Shown here piece by piece: positions 1 to 9,274 of a stretch of DNA of 24,000 nt. The position numbers and the translations under genes were made by a program. The stretch's first letter is position 1. The number at the start of each line of letters is the position of its first letter. The stretch is from contig NZ_CP085252.1 of the NCBI RefSeq assembly GCF_044789845.1, positions 224,684-248,683 of the forward strand. Direction: 5' to 3'. The notes beneath the pieces are model-generated. The model saw only the letters and a list, made by a program, of their open reading frames with translations, did not search any database and was not told the origin of the DNA. The stretch is from Jeotgalibacillus malaysiensis. Lineage in GTDB: Bacteria > Bacillota > Bacilli > Bacillales > Jeotgalibacillaceae.

Positions 1-1314
1 TTCTTTTTCATTTATCTGTTTGTTCAACACATTATAATCAGTTACAGCTGGGACCCCTTTTGTTAATGTTCCTGTTTTATCGAATGCAATAGCCTTTAAG
101 GCGCCCATTTCTTCTAAATACACTCCGCCTTTTACAAGGACCCCTTTTTTCGCAGCATTCCCAATCGCTGAAACAATAGAAATCGGAGTCGATATGACCA
201 ATGCACAAGGACAACCAACAACTAGAACAGCTAATCCTTGATAAACCCATGTTTCCCAACTGCCATCAAAGAATAAAGGAGGGACTATAGCAACTAATGC
301 TGCAATGATCATAATAATCGGTGTGTAATATTTTGCGAATTTATCAACAAATGCTTGCGAAGGAGCACGTTCCCCTTGTGCTTCCTCTACAAGATGAATA
401 ATTTTAGAAATTGTTGTATCTTCTACAAGTTTCGTTATTTCTACTTCAAGTAATCCTTCTTCATTTAAGGTACCTGCAAATACTTCATTATCAACCGTTT
501 TCTCGACAGGGACTGATTCACCTGTAATAGCTGCTTGGTTAACGGCAGAGTACCCACTTACAACTACACCATCCATCGCAATCTTTTGACCAGGTTTTAC
601 AATCATGATATCCCCAACAGCAATATCATCAACATGAATCATTATTTCTTGTCCATTACGTCTAACAAGTGCCTCTTTAGGAGCGATATCCATTAATGAA
701 CGAATCGATTGTCTTGCTCTATCCATAGAGAATCGCTCAAGTGCTTCACTGATTGCAAAGAGAATAACAACAATGGCAACTTCTGCCCATTCTCCAATAA
801 TAGCACCACCTATAACAGCCACTGTCATAAGGGTTTTCATATCAAATTCAAAACGTAGTAAGTTTTGCAAACCAACTTTAAAAAGTGATAATCCTCCGAT
901 AAACATGGATGCTAAAAACAATAAGGTAGTAACAATGTTCTCTTCTCCATTCACATACGAGGAAAGATAACCAAAGGCAATCAATAAGGAAGCATAAAGT
1001 AGAGTACTATGCTTTTTATAAAACGGCACTTTATCTTCTTTCGTATCTTCTTTTACCTCTTGTGATGCTTGGCGAGCAGATTTTTCAGGTGTCACTTTGA
1101 GATTCTCAAATGCACCTGCTTTTTCTAGTTCTTCTATCGTTGCATTACCATAAACAGCAATTTTAGATGCACCAAAATTTACTTTTGCATCCTCAACTCC
1201 AGATAGCTGTTTTACATTTTTTTCGAATTTACCCGCGCAGTTTGCGCAAGTAAAACCTTGTACACGATAGGCCTTCATTTCTTGTTCAGATGTTATTGCC
1301 TTTTGATCAGACAT
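1..1314 (-). CDS. cadA: Cadmium/zinc-translocating P-type ATPase CadA, N-terminal 438 codons (C-terminus lies beyond the left window edge)
   Basis: Minus-strand frame is open from nt 1 to the ATG at 1314-1312. Translation begins [35 protein letters not shown] (HMA domain with CxxC). It continues through [21 protein letters not shown] (CPC membrane metal site) and [10 protein letters not shown] (DKTGT phosphorylation motif). It is collinear with S. aureus pI258 CadA as I recall it. It is absent from the ORF track because it has no stop inside the window. Confidence 0.95.
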   Translation of the reverse strand, partial: MSDQKAITSEQEMKAYRVQGFTCANCAGKFEKNVKQLSGVEDAKVNFGASKIAVYGNATIEELEKAGAFENLKVTPEKSARQASQEVKEDTKEDKVPFYKKHSTLLYASLLIAFGYLSSYVNGEENIVTTLLFLASMFIGGLSLFKVGLQNLLRFEFDMKTLMTVAVIGGAIIGEWAEVAIVVILFAISEALERFSMDRARQSIRSLMDIAPKEALVRRNGQEIMIHVDDIAVGDIMIVKPGQKIAMDGVVVSGYSAVNQAAITGESVPVEKTVDNEVFAGTLNEEGLLEVEITKLVEDTTISKIIHLVEEAQGERAPSQAFVDKFAKYYTPIIMIIAALVAIVPPLFFDGSWETWVYQGLAVLVVGCPCALVISTPISIVSAIGNAAKKGVLVKGGVYLEEMGALKAIAFDKTGTLTKGVPAVTDYNVLNKQINEKE

Positions 1315-1675
1315 TGACATTCACTTCTTTCTTATGTTCTAGTACAATCATCATTATTTGTCTAATATGTTCATCGTCTAACGAATAAAACGCTAGTTTT
1401 CCTTCTTTTCTATATCTTACAATCCCCTGCTTATGAAGGGTCCTTAAATGATGAGAAGCATTTGCCACCGTAATACCAATAATATTTGCTATATCACACA
1501 CACATAACTCTTCATCTTGACACAAAGCATAGGTAATCTTTGCCCTATTTTCATCCGCAATTGCTTTTAACATTTGGGCAACACTAACAATATCGATTGT
1601 TTTTAAATCACCTTGTATTCGATTGACCTTTTCCTCGTCATAACAAAAAATTTCACAAGTATCTTTCTTATTCAC
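1307..1675 (-). CDS. cadC: ArsR/SmtB-family Cd/Pb/Zn-responsive repressor CadC
   Basis: 122-aa ORF with N-terminal Cys (CEIFC), CVCDIANI metal-site region and the [12 protein letters not shown] winged-helix recognition helix. Its stop overlaps the cadA start (ATGTCTGA, 8-nt overlap), as in classical cadCA operons. Confidence 0.95.
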   Translation of the reverse strand: MNKKDTCEIFCYDEEKVNRIQGDLKTIDIVSVAQMLKAIADENRAKITYALCQDEELCVCDIANIIGITVANASHHLRTLHKQGIVRYRKEGKLAFYSLDDEHIRQIMMIVLEHKKEVNVNV

Positions 1676-1690
1676 ATTATCACCCCATTG

Positions 1691-1758
1691 ATATTCAAAT
1701 GTTCACTTGAATATAGTATATACCTTCCCTTGGTTAATATTCAAGTGAATATTTGAAT
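1691..1758 (-). promoter_or_regulatory. cad promoter with two CadC-type operator dyads
   Basis: On the minus strand: -35 TTGAAT (1744-1739), 18-nt spacer, -10 TATACT (1720-1715). Dyad 1 is ATATTCAAATGTTCACTTGAATAT (1691-1714), between the -10 and the cadC start. Dyad 2 is ATATTCAAGTGAATATTTGAAT (1737-1758) and overlaps the -35. Dyad 2 is close to the reverse complement of dyad 1, and both resemble the TTCAAATA..TATTTGAA cad operator I recall from pI258. Confidence 0.6.
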
Positions 1759-1787
1759 GAAAAACATAAAATGATTTTTCTAATAGT

Positions 1788-1920
1788 AATTCCCATTAAC
1801 GAACGTTTTAGGGATTTTTTTGCACGCTTATATTTACATAGTTTTGAACTGTTTACCATTCCCTAAACTATTCCCTTTAACTTATTCCCTAAAATTGACG
1901 GTACCCCCGTATTAGGGAAT
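1788..1920. promoter_or_regulatory. Putative res (resolution) region for the adjacent serine resolvase
   Basis: A 30-bp dyad AATTCCCATTAACGAACGTTTTAGGGATT (1788-1817) sits here. Three direct ATTCCCT(A/T)(A/T)A repeats start at 1858, 1870 and 1884, with an inverted copy TTAGGGAAT at 1912-1920. The region lies just upstream of tnpR, the usual position of res subsites I-III in Tn3-family elements. Confidence 0.5.
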
Positions 1921-1944
1921 AATTAATTTCAGGAGGGGAATAGA

Positions 1945-2499
1945 ATGGGGAAAATTTTTGGATATGCTCGAGTTTCTACTCAAGATCAAAATTTAGAATT
2001 ACAAATGGATGCCTTACAAAAAGCTGGTGCAGCTGTTATCTACAAGGAAAAAATGACGGGCACAAAAAAAGAGCGTTTAGAATTAGAGCAACTCTTAAAA
2101 GCAATAAGTGAAGGAGATACAGTGGTTGTCTATAAACTAGATCGTATCTCAAGATCTACCAAGCACTTAATTGAATTAGCAGAAACCTTTGAGGAAAGAA
2201 AAGTGAATTTTGTTTCTATAAGTGACAACATTGATACGTCAACTGCAATGGGACGTTTTTTCTTCCGTACCATGGCAAGTATTGCTGAGTTAGAACGGGA
2301 TATCATCAGTGAACGTACTAAAGCAGGGTTACAATCTGCAAGAATTAGAGGTAGAAATGGCGGAAGACCAATTAAGGATCCAAAATTAGTAGAACGAGCA
2401 TTAAAACTACATGCTTCTAAGGAGTACAGTATAAAAGAGATTTCAGATATGACTGGTGTTAGTAAATCTGTGTTGTATCGAGCTATAGAACGTATATAG
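1945..2499 (+). CDS. tnpR: Serine recombinase, resolvase/invertase family (TnpR)
   Basis: 184 aa. The N-terminus GYARVSTQDQ carries the catalytic Ser motif, with VVYKLDRISRS and a C-terminal HTH (ISDMTGVSKSVLYRAI). RBS AGGAGGGG lies 7 nt upstream. Confidence 0.9.
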   Translation: MGKIFGYARVSTQDQNLELQMDALQKAGAAVIYKEKMTGTKKERLELEQLLKAISEGDTVVVYKLDRISRSTKHLIELAETFEERKVNFVSISDNIDTSTAMGRFFFRTMASIAELERDIISERTKAGLQSARIRGRNGGRPIKDPKLVERALKLHASKEYSIKEISDMTGVSKSVLYRAIERI

Positions 2500-2520
2500 A
2501 AATGAACAGGAGGCATTATC

Positions 2521-5443
2521 TTGTATTTGAGAGCAAGAGAACTACTTACACCTGAACAACGTATAGATTTCATGACAATTCCAGCTGATATTAGCGAGTG
2601 GGAAATAGCTACCTCCTACACTTTATCACCACATGATTTAGAAGTGATTAAACGTCGAAGACGAGACTATAATCGACTTGGATTTGCCGTTCAGTTATGT
2701 CTGTTTCGCTTTCCGGGATGGACATTATCGGATATTAAAGAAATACCTAAGACAGTTTTACTGTTTATTGCCAATCAAATTAAGGTTGACCCCTTAGAAT
2801 TTCAATCATATGCCGAACGGGAACAAACTAAGCATGAACATATGGTTGAAATTCGGAAAGAATATGGTTATAGGAACTTCTCAACAAGAGAATATCGTAA
2901 CATCTCTTCTTCTTTACTAAGCCATGCAATGGAAAATGAGAACTCAATGTATTTGATTAGGACGGCTATCGAAGAAATGAGGAAGCGAAAAAATTATTCT
3001 TCCAGCTATGTCGACTATTGAACGTCTGGTTTGGCAAACACGTCATCGAGCTGAACAAAAAATATATAAGATATTATCGCGGTCTCTATCCTCTTTGCAA
3101 AAGGAAAGTTTGATCCTAATGACGGAGTCTACTCTGGATAGTGGAAAAACACCTCTTGCTTGGTTAAAAGAAATCCCAGGACAATCTTCACCTGATGCCT
3201 TCTTAAAAGTCATTGAACGATTAGAGTATGTGAAAAAACTTGAGTTATCTATTGATTGTAATGACATACACCCGAACAGGCTTCTTCAATTGTCGCGTTT
3301 AGGTGCGCGATATGAACCTCATTCCTTCCGAAGATTTAATGAGACTAAAAAATATGCCATTCTTGTGGCTTATCTCTTAAATCTCAGTCAAGACTTAATT
3401 GATCAAGCCATTGGAATCCACGATCGCCAAATTATGATCTTGCAGTCAAAGGGCCGTAAGGCCCAAGAAGAAATGCAGAGACAAAACGGTAAAACAATTA
3501 ATGAAAAAATCATACAGTTTGCTGACATCGGTGCTGCACTAATAAAGGCAAGAAATGAAGGATTGGATCCGTTTACTACATTGGAAACCGTCATGTCCTG
3601 GGAGAAAATGATTGCATCGGTGGAAGAGGCAAAACAATTATCACGTCCTATCGACTATGATTATTTAGATCTTTTAGAAAGACGATTTTTTTATCTTCGA
3701 AAATATACGCCTACCTTACTTAAATCACTAAAATTTCAATCGACCCAATCAGCAAAACCATTGATAGAAGCACTAGATATTATTAAAAATATGAATGATT
3801 CAGGTAAACGAAAAGTTCCAGAAGGAGCTCCTCTTGGATTTGTCTCTAACCGGTGGCAGAAACACGTATATGACGAGGATGGAAGTATCAATCGACATTA
3901 TTATGAAATGGCAGCATTAACTGAATTACAAAATCATATTCGATCTGGAGATGTATCTGTTCGAGGCAGTAAACAACATAAAGATTTTGAAGAGTATCTA
4001 ATTCCAAAAGAAGAATGGTTAGAAACTGGATTACATCATAATCGCCTTGCTGTAGGCAGTTCTGCTGAAGAATATTTGACCGAAAGAATGGATTCTCTTC
4101 GAAAACGGCTGCAAGCTATGTCCGATAACGTTGATGAACTAGAGGGTGTCAGTATAAATAAGGGGAAAATTCGCATTGACCGTCTTGAAAAGGATACTCC
4201 AGAAGAAGCCAAGACGTTTAGTTCATCCCTATACAGCATGTTGCCACGGATAAAACTAACAGATCTGCTAATGGAAGTTGCAAGTTGGACAGGTTTTGAT
4301 GAACAATTTATTCATGCTTCTTCAAGCCGTCCTCCCAAAGGAGAGGAAAAGTCGATCTTATTAGCCACGATAATGGCGCTGGGTACAAATATTGGCTTAA
4401 CAAAGATGGCAGATGCTACACCCGGAATTACCTATCACCAAATGGCTCATGCTTCTCAGTGGCGTCTTTATGATGATGCGATGAATAAAGCTCAGGCAAC
4501 ACTTGTGAATTTCCATCATCAGCTTGCTTTATCTTCATATTGGGGAGATGGAAGTACTTCCTCTTCAGATGGTATGAGAGTACAAGTTGGCGTGTCTTCT
4601 CTACATGCAGAATCAAATCCTCATTATGGTTCTGGTAAAGGAGCTACGATTTATCGCTTTACAAGTGATCAGTTTTCTTCTTACTACACAAAAGTCATTA
4701 ATACCAACGCTCGTGACGCAGTTCATGTGATAGATGGGTTGCTGCATCATGAATCTGAATTGAATATTGAAGAACATTATACAGACACGGCTGGTTATAC
4801 CGATCAAGTTTTTGGACTGAGCCATCTACTTGGTTTTCGTTTTGCACCTCGCCTTCGAGATCTGTCTGATACTCGACTATATGTAATAGAAAAACCTGGT
4901 GAGTTTCCAACAATAGAAAAATTAATACGAGGGCGTATTAATACAAAGGTTATTCTAGAAAACTATGATGATGTTTTACGTCTAGCCCACTCCATTCGGG
5001 AAGGGAAAGTTTCTGGTTCACTCATTATGGGAAAGTTGGGGGCCTATTCAAGGCAAAATCGTTTGGCTACAGCACTCCGTGAAATGGGTAGAATTGAAAA
5101 AACAATCTTCATATTAGACTATATTTCAAATGAAGCAATACGTCGTCGAATTCAACGAGGGTTAAACAAAGGGGAGTCTATGAATGCCTTAGCACGAGCC
5201 TTATTTTTTGGAAAACGAGGTGAACTAAGGGATAGAGCGTTACAAGACCAGCTTCAACGTGCAAGTGCATTAAATATCATCATTAATGCTATCACTGTAT
5301 GGAATACAGTTTATCTCACAGAAGCAACAAAAGTTCTAAGTGAAAAAGGGATACTACGAGAGCAAATGATAAAACATATTTCACCATTAGGATGGGAACA
5401 CATTAATTTCTTAGGAGAGTATACTTTTGACATAAAAAAATGA
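2521..5443 (+). pseudogene. tnpA: Tn3-family transposase TnpA split by a +1 frameshift in an A6 run (2988-2993)
   Basis: ORF 2521-3021 (DUF4158-like N-terminus, TTG start 7 nt after AGGAGG) and ORF 3008-5443 together give about 977 aa, the normal Tn3 TnpA length. Removing one A from CGAAAAAAT restores ...EEMRKRKIILPAMSTIERLVW..., the conserved IILP..T.ERLV junction. The C-terminal part carries the DDE region. Confidence 0.85.
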
Positions 5444-5536
5444 CAGGACTCAACTCTTTAAGACCATTAGATCGATAAACTCCAGAGCCGGTACCCTTAG
5501 AGTAAAGGATATCGGTTTTTATATGGTAAATAATGT

Positions 5537-5575
5537 CTTAAAGTGGGTTTTGTGTCAAAATGTTGGCGGTACTCC
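5537..5575 (-). repeat. Tn3-family terminal inverted repeat (right end)
   Basis: The minus strand reads GGAGTACCGCCAACATTTTGACACAAAACCCACTTTAAG. It has the GGGG-type outer end and TAAG inner end. It is very close to the Tn4430 IR as I recall it (GGGGTACCGCCAGCATTTCGGAAAAAAACCACGCTAAG). It lies 94 nt after the tnpA stop, oriented inward. Confidence 0.75.
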
Positions 5576-5728
5576 ATTATGATCTAAATAATGACCATAT
5601 CATACTGAGATTTTCATAAAATACAAACTCAGTTCTGCTAATGAATTCATTTTGTTAAAAGTCAAAGAAATGCTACCATTCCTCCGCCAAATATGCATAT
5701 TTATGAGTTAAGGTGAAAGCAAATACTA

Positions 5729-7249
5729 ATGAAAGAAGGGATTGAGATAATGCAAAAAAAATTGCTAAAAGGAACCTTATCTATTTTAGCTGCAATAATC
5801 TTATCGGCTTGCACAGGTGATAGTGGGGGAATGAACTCTAGTATGATGATGGATAATGAAGATAATCCTGATCAAGGTATGGATCAGGATGGTATGAATG
5901 AAATGATGGATCATGGGGAGGTACCTTCACTTGCATCTTCTGAAGGAGTAAATGAGTTGGTGATTCCTCCATTATTAGAAAAGCAAAAAGGAAAAAACTA
6001 TGATTATGAAGTGACGGCACAAGAAGGGATCACTGAATTTTTCGAAGGAATCTCAACTGAGACTTACGGATATAATGGTGATTTGCTTGGTCCCACACTG
6101 AAAATAGAAGAAGGAGAGAGTGTGAATGTTAAAATTACAAATGACTTAAATGAACCAACTACATTTCATTGGCATGGTTTGGAAGTTGCCAGTAAAATAG
6201 ATGGTGGACCCAGTGATGAAATTCAACCAGGAGAAAGCCGGATCATTACATTAGAAGCTGATCAACCAGCTGCTACATTATGGTATCACCCACATGTTCA
6301 TGAAATGACTGCTGAACAAGTATTTAGAGGACTCTCAGGAATGTTAATCATTGACAATTCCATTAATTCAGATTTGGAGATTCCAAACGAATATGGGGTT
6401 AACGATATTCCGCTTATTTTTCAAGACCGTCTTTTTGACGAAGATAAGCAATTAGATTACGACAATCTCATGAATGTAGACGGCACTTTGGGTGACGTTT
6501 CCATGGTGAACGGAACAATCAATCCAAAGATGACTGTCACAGAACCTATTATGCGATTTCGTTTATTAAATGGATCAAATGCACGTAATTATACATTTCG
6601 CTTAAGTAATGGTGATAATTTCACTCAAATTGCCTCTGACGGCAGCTTACTCGATGAGCCAGTTGACCGTAAAGAACTTACACTCGCTGCTTCGGAGCGT
6701 GCTGAAATTCTTATAGATTTTTCGAAATTAACTGAAGAGGAATCACTTTCTATCATTAATGAAGAAGGTGTAGTGCTACTCCCATTTGATGTGAAAGATA
6801 CTGATTCAACAGCGGGCTCTATTAAAACATGGACCACTGATGAGCCGTTTTTGACAGATGAGGAGAAAGAAATGCCTGTTACTAAAAACATTGAATTATT
6901 TGGAATGATGGATATGGTATCTATTAACGGAAAAAAATTCGATGCTGATCGTATTGATTTGCGTCAGGAGCAGGGCGTGACAGAAGTGTGGGAAATTTAT
7001 AATAAACCGGATATGATGGGTGGTATGGTACATCCATTCCACATTCATGGTACCCAGTTCAAAGTAATTTCCCGTGACGGTGAAGAAGTGGAAGAAAGTG
7101 AACAAGGCTTTAAAGATAGTGTTGCAGTTGAACCTGGTGAAAGAGTAAAATTGCTCGTCACTTTTCCTGAAAAAGGGGTTTACGTATTCCATTGCCATAT
7201 TTTAGAACATGAAGATAATGGCATGATGGGACAGATTGAAGTGTATTAA
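5729..7249 (+). CDS. Multicopper oxidase (CueO/laccase-like), lipoprotein with Met/His/Asp-rich N-terminal linker
   Basis: All four MCO copper motifs are present: FHWHGLEV, WYHPHVH, HPFHIHG and HCHILEHEDNGMMG. A signal peptide with lipobox ILSAC is present. The true start may be ATG 5750 (MQKKLL...). Confidence 0.9.
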   Translation: MKEGIEIMQKKLLKGTLSILAAIILSACTGDSGGMNSSMMMDNEDNPDQGMDQDGMNEMMDHGEVPSLASSEGVNELVIPPLLEKQKGKNYDYEVTAQEGITEFFEGISTETYGYNGDLLGPTLKIEEGESVNVKITNDLNEPTTFHWHGLEVASKIDGGPSDEIQPGESRIITLEADQPAATLWYHPHVHEMTAEQVFRGLSGMLIIDNSINSDLEIPNEYGVNDIPLIFQDRLFDEDKQLDYDNLMNVDGTLGDVSMVNGTINPKMTVTEPIMRFRLLNGSNARNYTFRLSNGDNFTQIASDGSLLDEPVDRKELTLAASERAEILIDFSKLTEEESLSIINEEGVVLLPFDVKDTDSTAGSIKTWTTDEPFLTDEEKEMPVTKNIELFGMMDMVSINGKKFDADRIDLRQEQGVTEVWEIYNKPDMMGGMVHPFHIHGTQFKVISRDGEEVEESEQGFKDSVAVEPGERVKLLVTFPEKGVYVFHCHILEHEDNGMMGQIEVY

Positions 7250-7275
7250 GCAGAAAACTCAATATAGTACAAAGA

Positions 7276-7309
7276 GTCTCCAAAGGTTAAGTTTTCACCT
7301 TTTGGAGAC
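7276..7309 (+). terminator. Probable intrinsic terminator after the oxidase gene
   Basis: GTCTCCAAAGG...CCTTTTGGAGAC hairpin (one bulged T) followed by a T-rich stretch. Confidence 0.5.
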
Positions 7310-7430
7310 CCTTTGGATTATTTGCTTTATTATGCCTTGAAAACCTTACATTTAATTAATCAAAAAAGTTGGCTTATCATCGAGGCAGAGGCTAACTTAT
7401 TTTTTGATTGTGCGAAGTTTGGGTAATAAT

Positions 7431-7476
7431 AAAAAGCTTGCAGTGTCCCATCAATTATGAGCACTGCAAGCTTATT
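7431..7476 (-). terminator. Intrinsic terminator (works in both directions) after the DUF1541 gene
   Basis: Perfect AGCTTGCAGTG / CACTGCAAGCT stem flanked by an A-run on the left and a T-rich run on the right, 9 nt past the stop of the minus-strand gene. Confidence 0.7.
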
Positions 7477-7484
7477 TATTTCAT

Positions 7485-8123
7485 TTATTCCGGCTCTTTT
7501 AACTCTTCCTCTGTAATCCATTTATGATTAGTCACTTCATCTCCGTTTTCTAAAGTAAAGTCAACCATATAAACAGTTGTCTCCTCGGCAGTATCAATTT
7601 CAGCCGTTGCACCTTCCATACCTTCCATGTGTGAAGCTTCTACCTTTACTTCATCACCTTTTTGGTAAGACTCTTCCTGTCTGTCAGAAATTTCTTCATG
7701 AATAACCCATTTATGATCTTCTACTCTATCTCCACCATCGGTTGGGTCATAAGAAATACTATAAGCTACAGTGTCATAGGCTCCTACAACTGTAGCTTCT
7801 GCACCCTCCATGCCTTCCATATGTGATGCAGTGATTATTGCTGTGTCACCAGCCTCAAACTTCGGTGCCTCGGCCTCTTGCAGACCTTCAGGAATTTCAC
7901 CTGAACCGGACATATCCATACCTGAATGGTCCATCTCCTCGGTAGAATCGCTTTGTTCTGAAGAATTATCTTCGTCCATTGATTCCATTTCATTTTCAGT
8001 TTCTTCGGTCTCAGAATCATTCACTGCGCCAGATTCTGCTCCTTCATTATCTGCACAGGCAAATAAAATTGTACTTGCTGCCAGTGAAAATGTACCTATC
8101 ATCAGTCTTTTACTCAATGCCAC
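7485..8123 (-). CDS. YdhK/CopL-like lipoprotein with two DUF1541 domains and an acidic Met/His-rich linker
   Basis: GTG start 7 nt after GGGAGGT, with lipobox LFAC. Two repeats are present: ASHMEGMEGAEATVVGAY...HKWVIHEE and ASHMEGMEGATAEIDTAE...HKWITEEE. This tandem DUF1541 architecture matches B. subtilis YdhK and S. aureus CopL, a Cu-binding lipoprotein. Confidence 0.8.
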   Translation of the reverse strand: MALSKRLMIGTFSLAASTILFACADNEGAESGAVNDSETEETENEMESMDEDNSSEQSDSTEEMDHSGMDMSGSGEIPEGLQEAEAPKFEAGDTAIITASHMEGMEGAEATVVGAYDTVAYSISYDPTDGGDRVEDHKWVIHEEISDRQEESYQKGDEVKVEASHMEGMEGATAEIDTAEETTVYMVDFTLENGDEVTNHKWITEEELKEPE

Positions 8124-8150
8124 TAATATAACCTCCCAATATCGTTATAT

Positions 8151-8167
8151 AAATGGGATACCCATTT
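8151..8167. promoter_or_regulatory. Perfect 7-3-7 palindrome AAATGGG-ATA-CCCATTT, candidate operator
   Basis: It lies 28-44 nt upstream of the GTG start of the DUF1541 lipoprotein gene, inside its presumed promoter region. Confidence 0.3.
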
Positions 8168-8258
8168 TTTGTGCAGAAATGATGGAGGATTGAAAATAAA
8201 ATTAAAATTTTTTTGTGATAAAACACATTATAAACAAGGAGGCTATGTCGATGTAATT

Positions 8259-9203
8259 TCAATTGACTTGGAAAATACCTTCCATTCCTTGTTCCTTATG
8301 GTTTGGTAATGAGCAAAAGAAGGGAACTTGAGTAGCTTTTTTTGCAATTAATTGGACCGATTTCGATTCACCAGGTTTCAAATGTATATGTACTTTATTT
8401 GAATTAGTTCCATGATTATGTGTATTACTTAAGTTATTAAGGATTTCTATTGTATTATTTTCAAATTGAAGGTCATGATCGATTGTTCCGGTGTTAGTCA
8501 GTACTATCTCAGTTAAAGAGCCCTTTTGCAATTGTATCTTTGAAGGATAGTAAGTATATTCGTTCATTTTCACCTCTACTTTTTCTGATATGCTGGATTG
8601 TGGTTCTTTTGTGGTATGATTTTCAGATAAAATTTGATTGTTATTTACATGGGGGTGGCTTTTAATTTCATTTATAAAAAATAAAGGTCCAGTCATTTCA
8701 ACTATAAAAAACAAAATTATAAATATGACCCCTGCTTTTAATGGGTTAGAGACAGCATTTATCAATAATTTTCTAGTGCTATTTACTTCATCTCCGATTA
8801 ATCTAATAACCAACGCTGAAATAAAACAATGACTAAAGAATAAAATCTTTACCATAGAATCGTAATTTTCACTTTGAATCATAGATCCCAGCATAACCCC
8901 CATCATTCCGGCCATAACACCTGATAACATCCCATCCAGTAAGGCTACTTTCCCTATTCCGTTTCCAGGGATTGCTCCAACCACTAAACCGGTCATCATG
9001 CTGTAAACCGTTGCAATAAATAAGTTGTCTGAAAAATATATTCCTAAAATGGTTCCAATTATTAATCCTGTTGACATCGCCGTAGACATGGAAATCATCA
9101 TACCATTCATTTTGCTAATTGTTTTATGGGTATACATTAAAGCAACAATCGTTCCATACAATATAAATGACAGGGCAATAATCACGAGCAATCCTACATT
9201 CAA
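8259..9203 (-). CDS. Polytopic Met-rich membrane domain fused to a C-terminal cupredoxin (type-1 Cu) domain
   Basis: About 180 aa of Gly/Met-rich transmembrane segments (GMLSGVMAGMMGVMLGSM) come first. The C-terminal beta-rich domain carries type-1 Cu ligands: H in TIDHDL and FFCSLPNHKEQGMEG (C-x4-H-x4-M), the F.C..P.H...GM.G cupredoxin signature. Confidence 0.75.
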   Translation of the reverse strand: MNVGLLVIIALSFILYGTIVALMYTHKTISKMNGMMISMSTAMSTGLIIGTILGIYFSDNLFIATVYSMMTGLVVGAIPGNGIGKVALLDGMLSGVMAGMMGVMLGSMIQSENYDSMVKILFFSHCFISALVIRLIGDEVNSTRKLLINAVSNPLKAGVIFIILFFIVEMTGPLFFINEIKSHPHVNNNQILSENHTTKEPQSSISEKVEVKMNEYTYYPSKIQLQKGSLTEIVLTNTGTIDHDLQFENNTIEILNNLSNTHNHGTNSNKVHIHLKPGESKSVQLIAKKATQVPFFCSLPNHKEQGMEGIFQVN

Positions 9204-9274
9204 TAGATCTAATTCCTTCCTGTATTTAATTTTTTGGTTAATTTATTTTTATCATATGTAAAAAACACCTTTAC

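Larger units (their letters stand above)
1..5575 (+). mobile_element. Tn3-family cadmium-resistance transposon (passenger cadAC - res - tnpR - tnpA - IR), left end outside the window
   Basis: The gene order matches Tn917/Tn5422-type elements (Tn5422 is the Listeria cadAC transposon, about 6.4 kb). A full-length cadA would put the missing left IR about 0.8-0.9 kb beyond nt 1, giving a similar size. Confidence 0.7.

Noticed and set aside
77-970. Track ORFs 77-259(-) and 773-970(+).
   Set aside because: Both lie inside the cadA coding region in other frames or on the other strand. The cadA frame is unambiguous from its motifs.
2130-2573. 147-aa minus-strand ORF.
   Set aside because: It is entirely antisense to the well-supported resolvase gene and has no motifs. 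It is a shadow ORF.
3043-4913. Six short minus-strand ORFs (60-74 aa) within tnpA.
   Set aside because: They are antisense to the transposase reading frame, have low-complexity translations and lack RBSs.
5838-7198. Minus-strand ORFs 5838-6020, 6625-6891 and 6896-7198.
   Set aside because: They are antisense shadows of the multicopper oxidase gene.
7810-8193. 127-aa plus-strand ORF and the 61-aa minus alternative-frame ORF (7835-8020) overlapping the DUF1541 gene.
   Set aside because: The Ser/Glu-rich translation mirrors the acidic linker of the real minus-strand gene. The DUF1541 repeats and lipobox identify the true frame.
8638-9261. Plus-strand ORFs 8638-8832 and 9025-9261.
   Set aside because: They are antisense to the cupredoxin-fusion gene.
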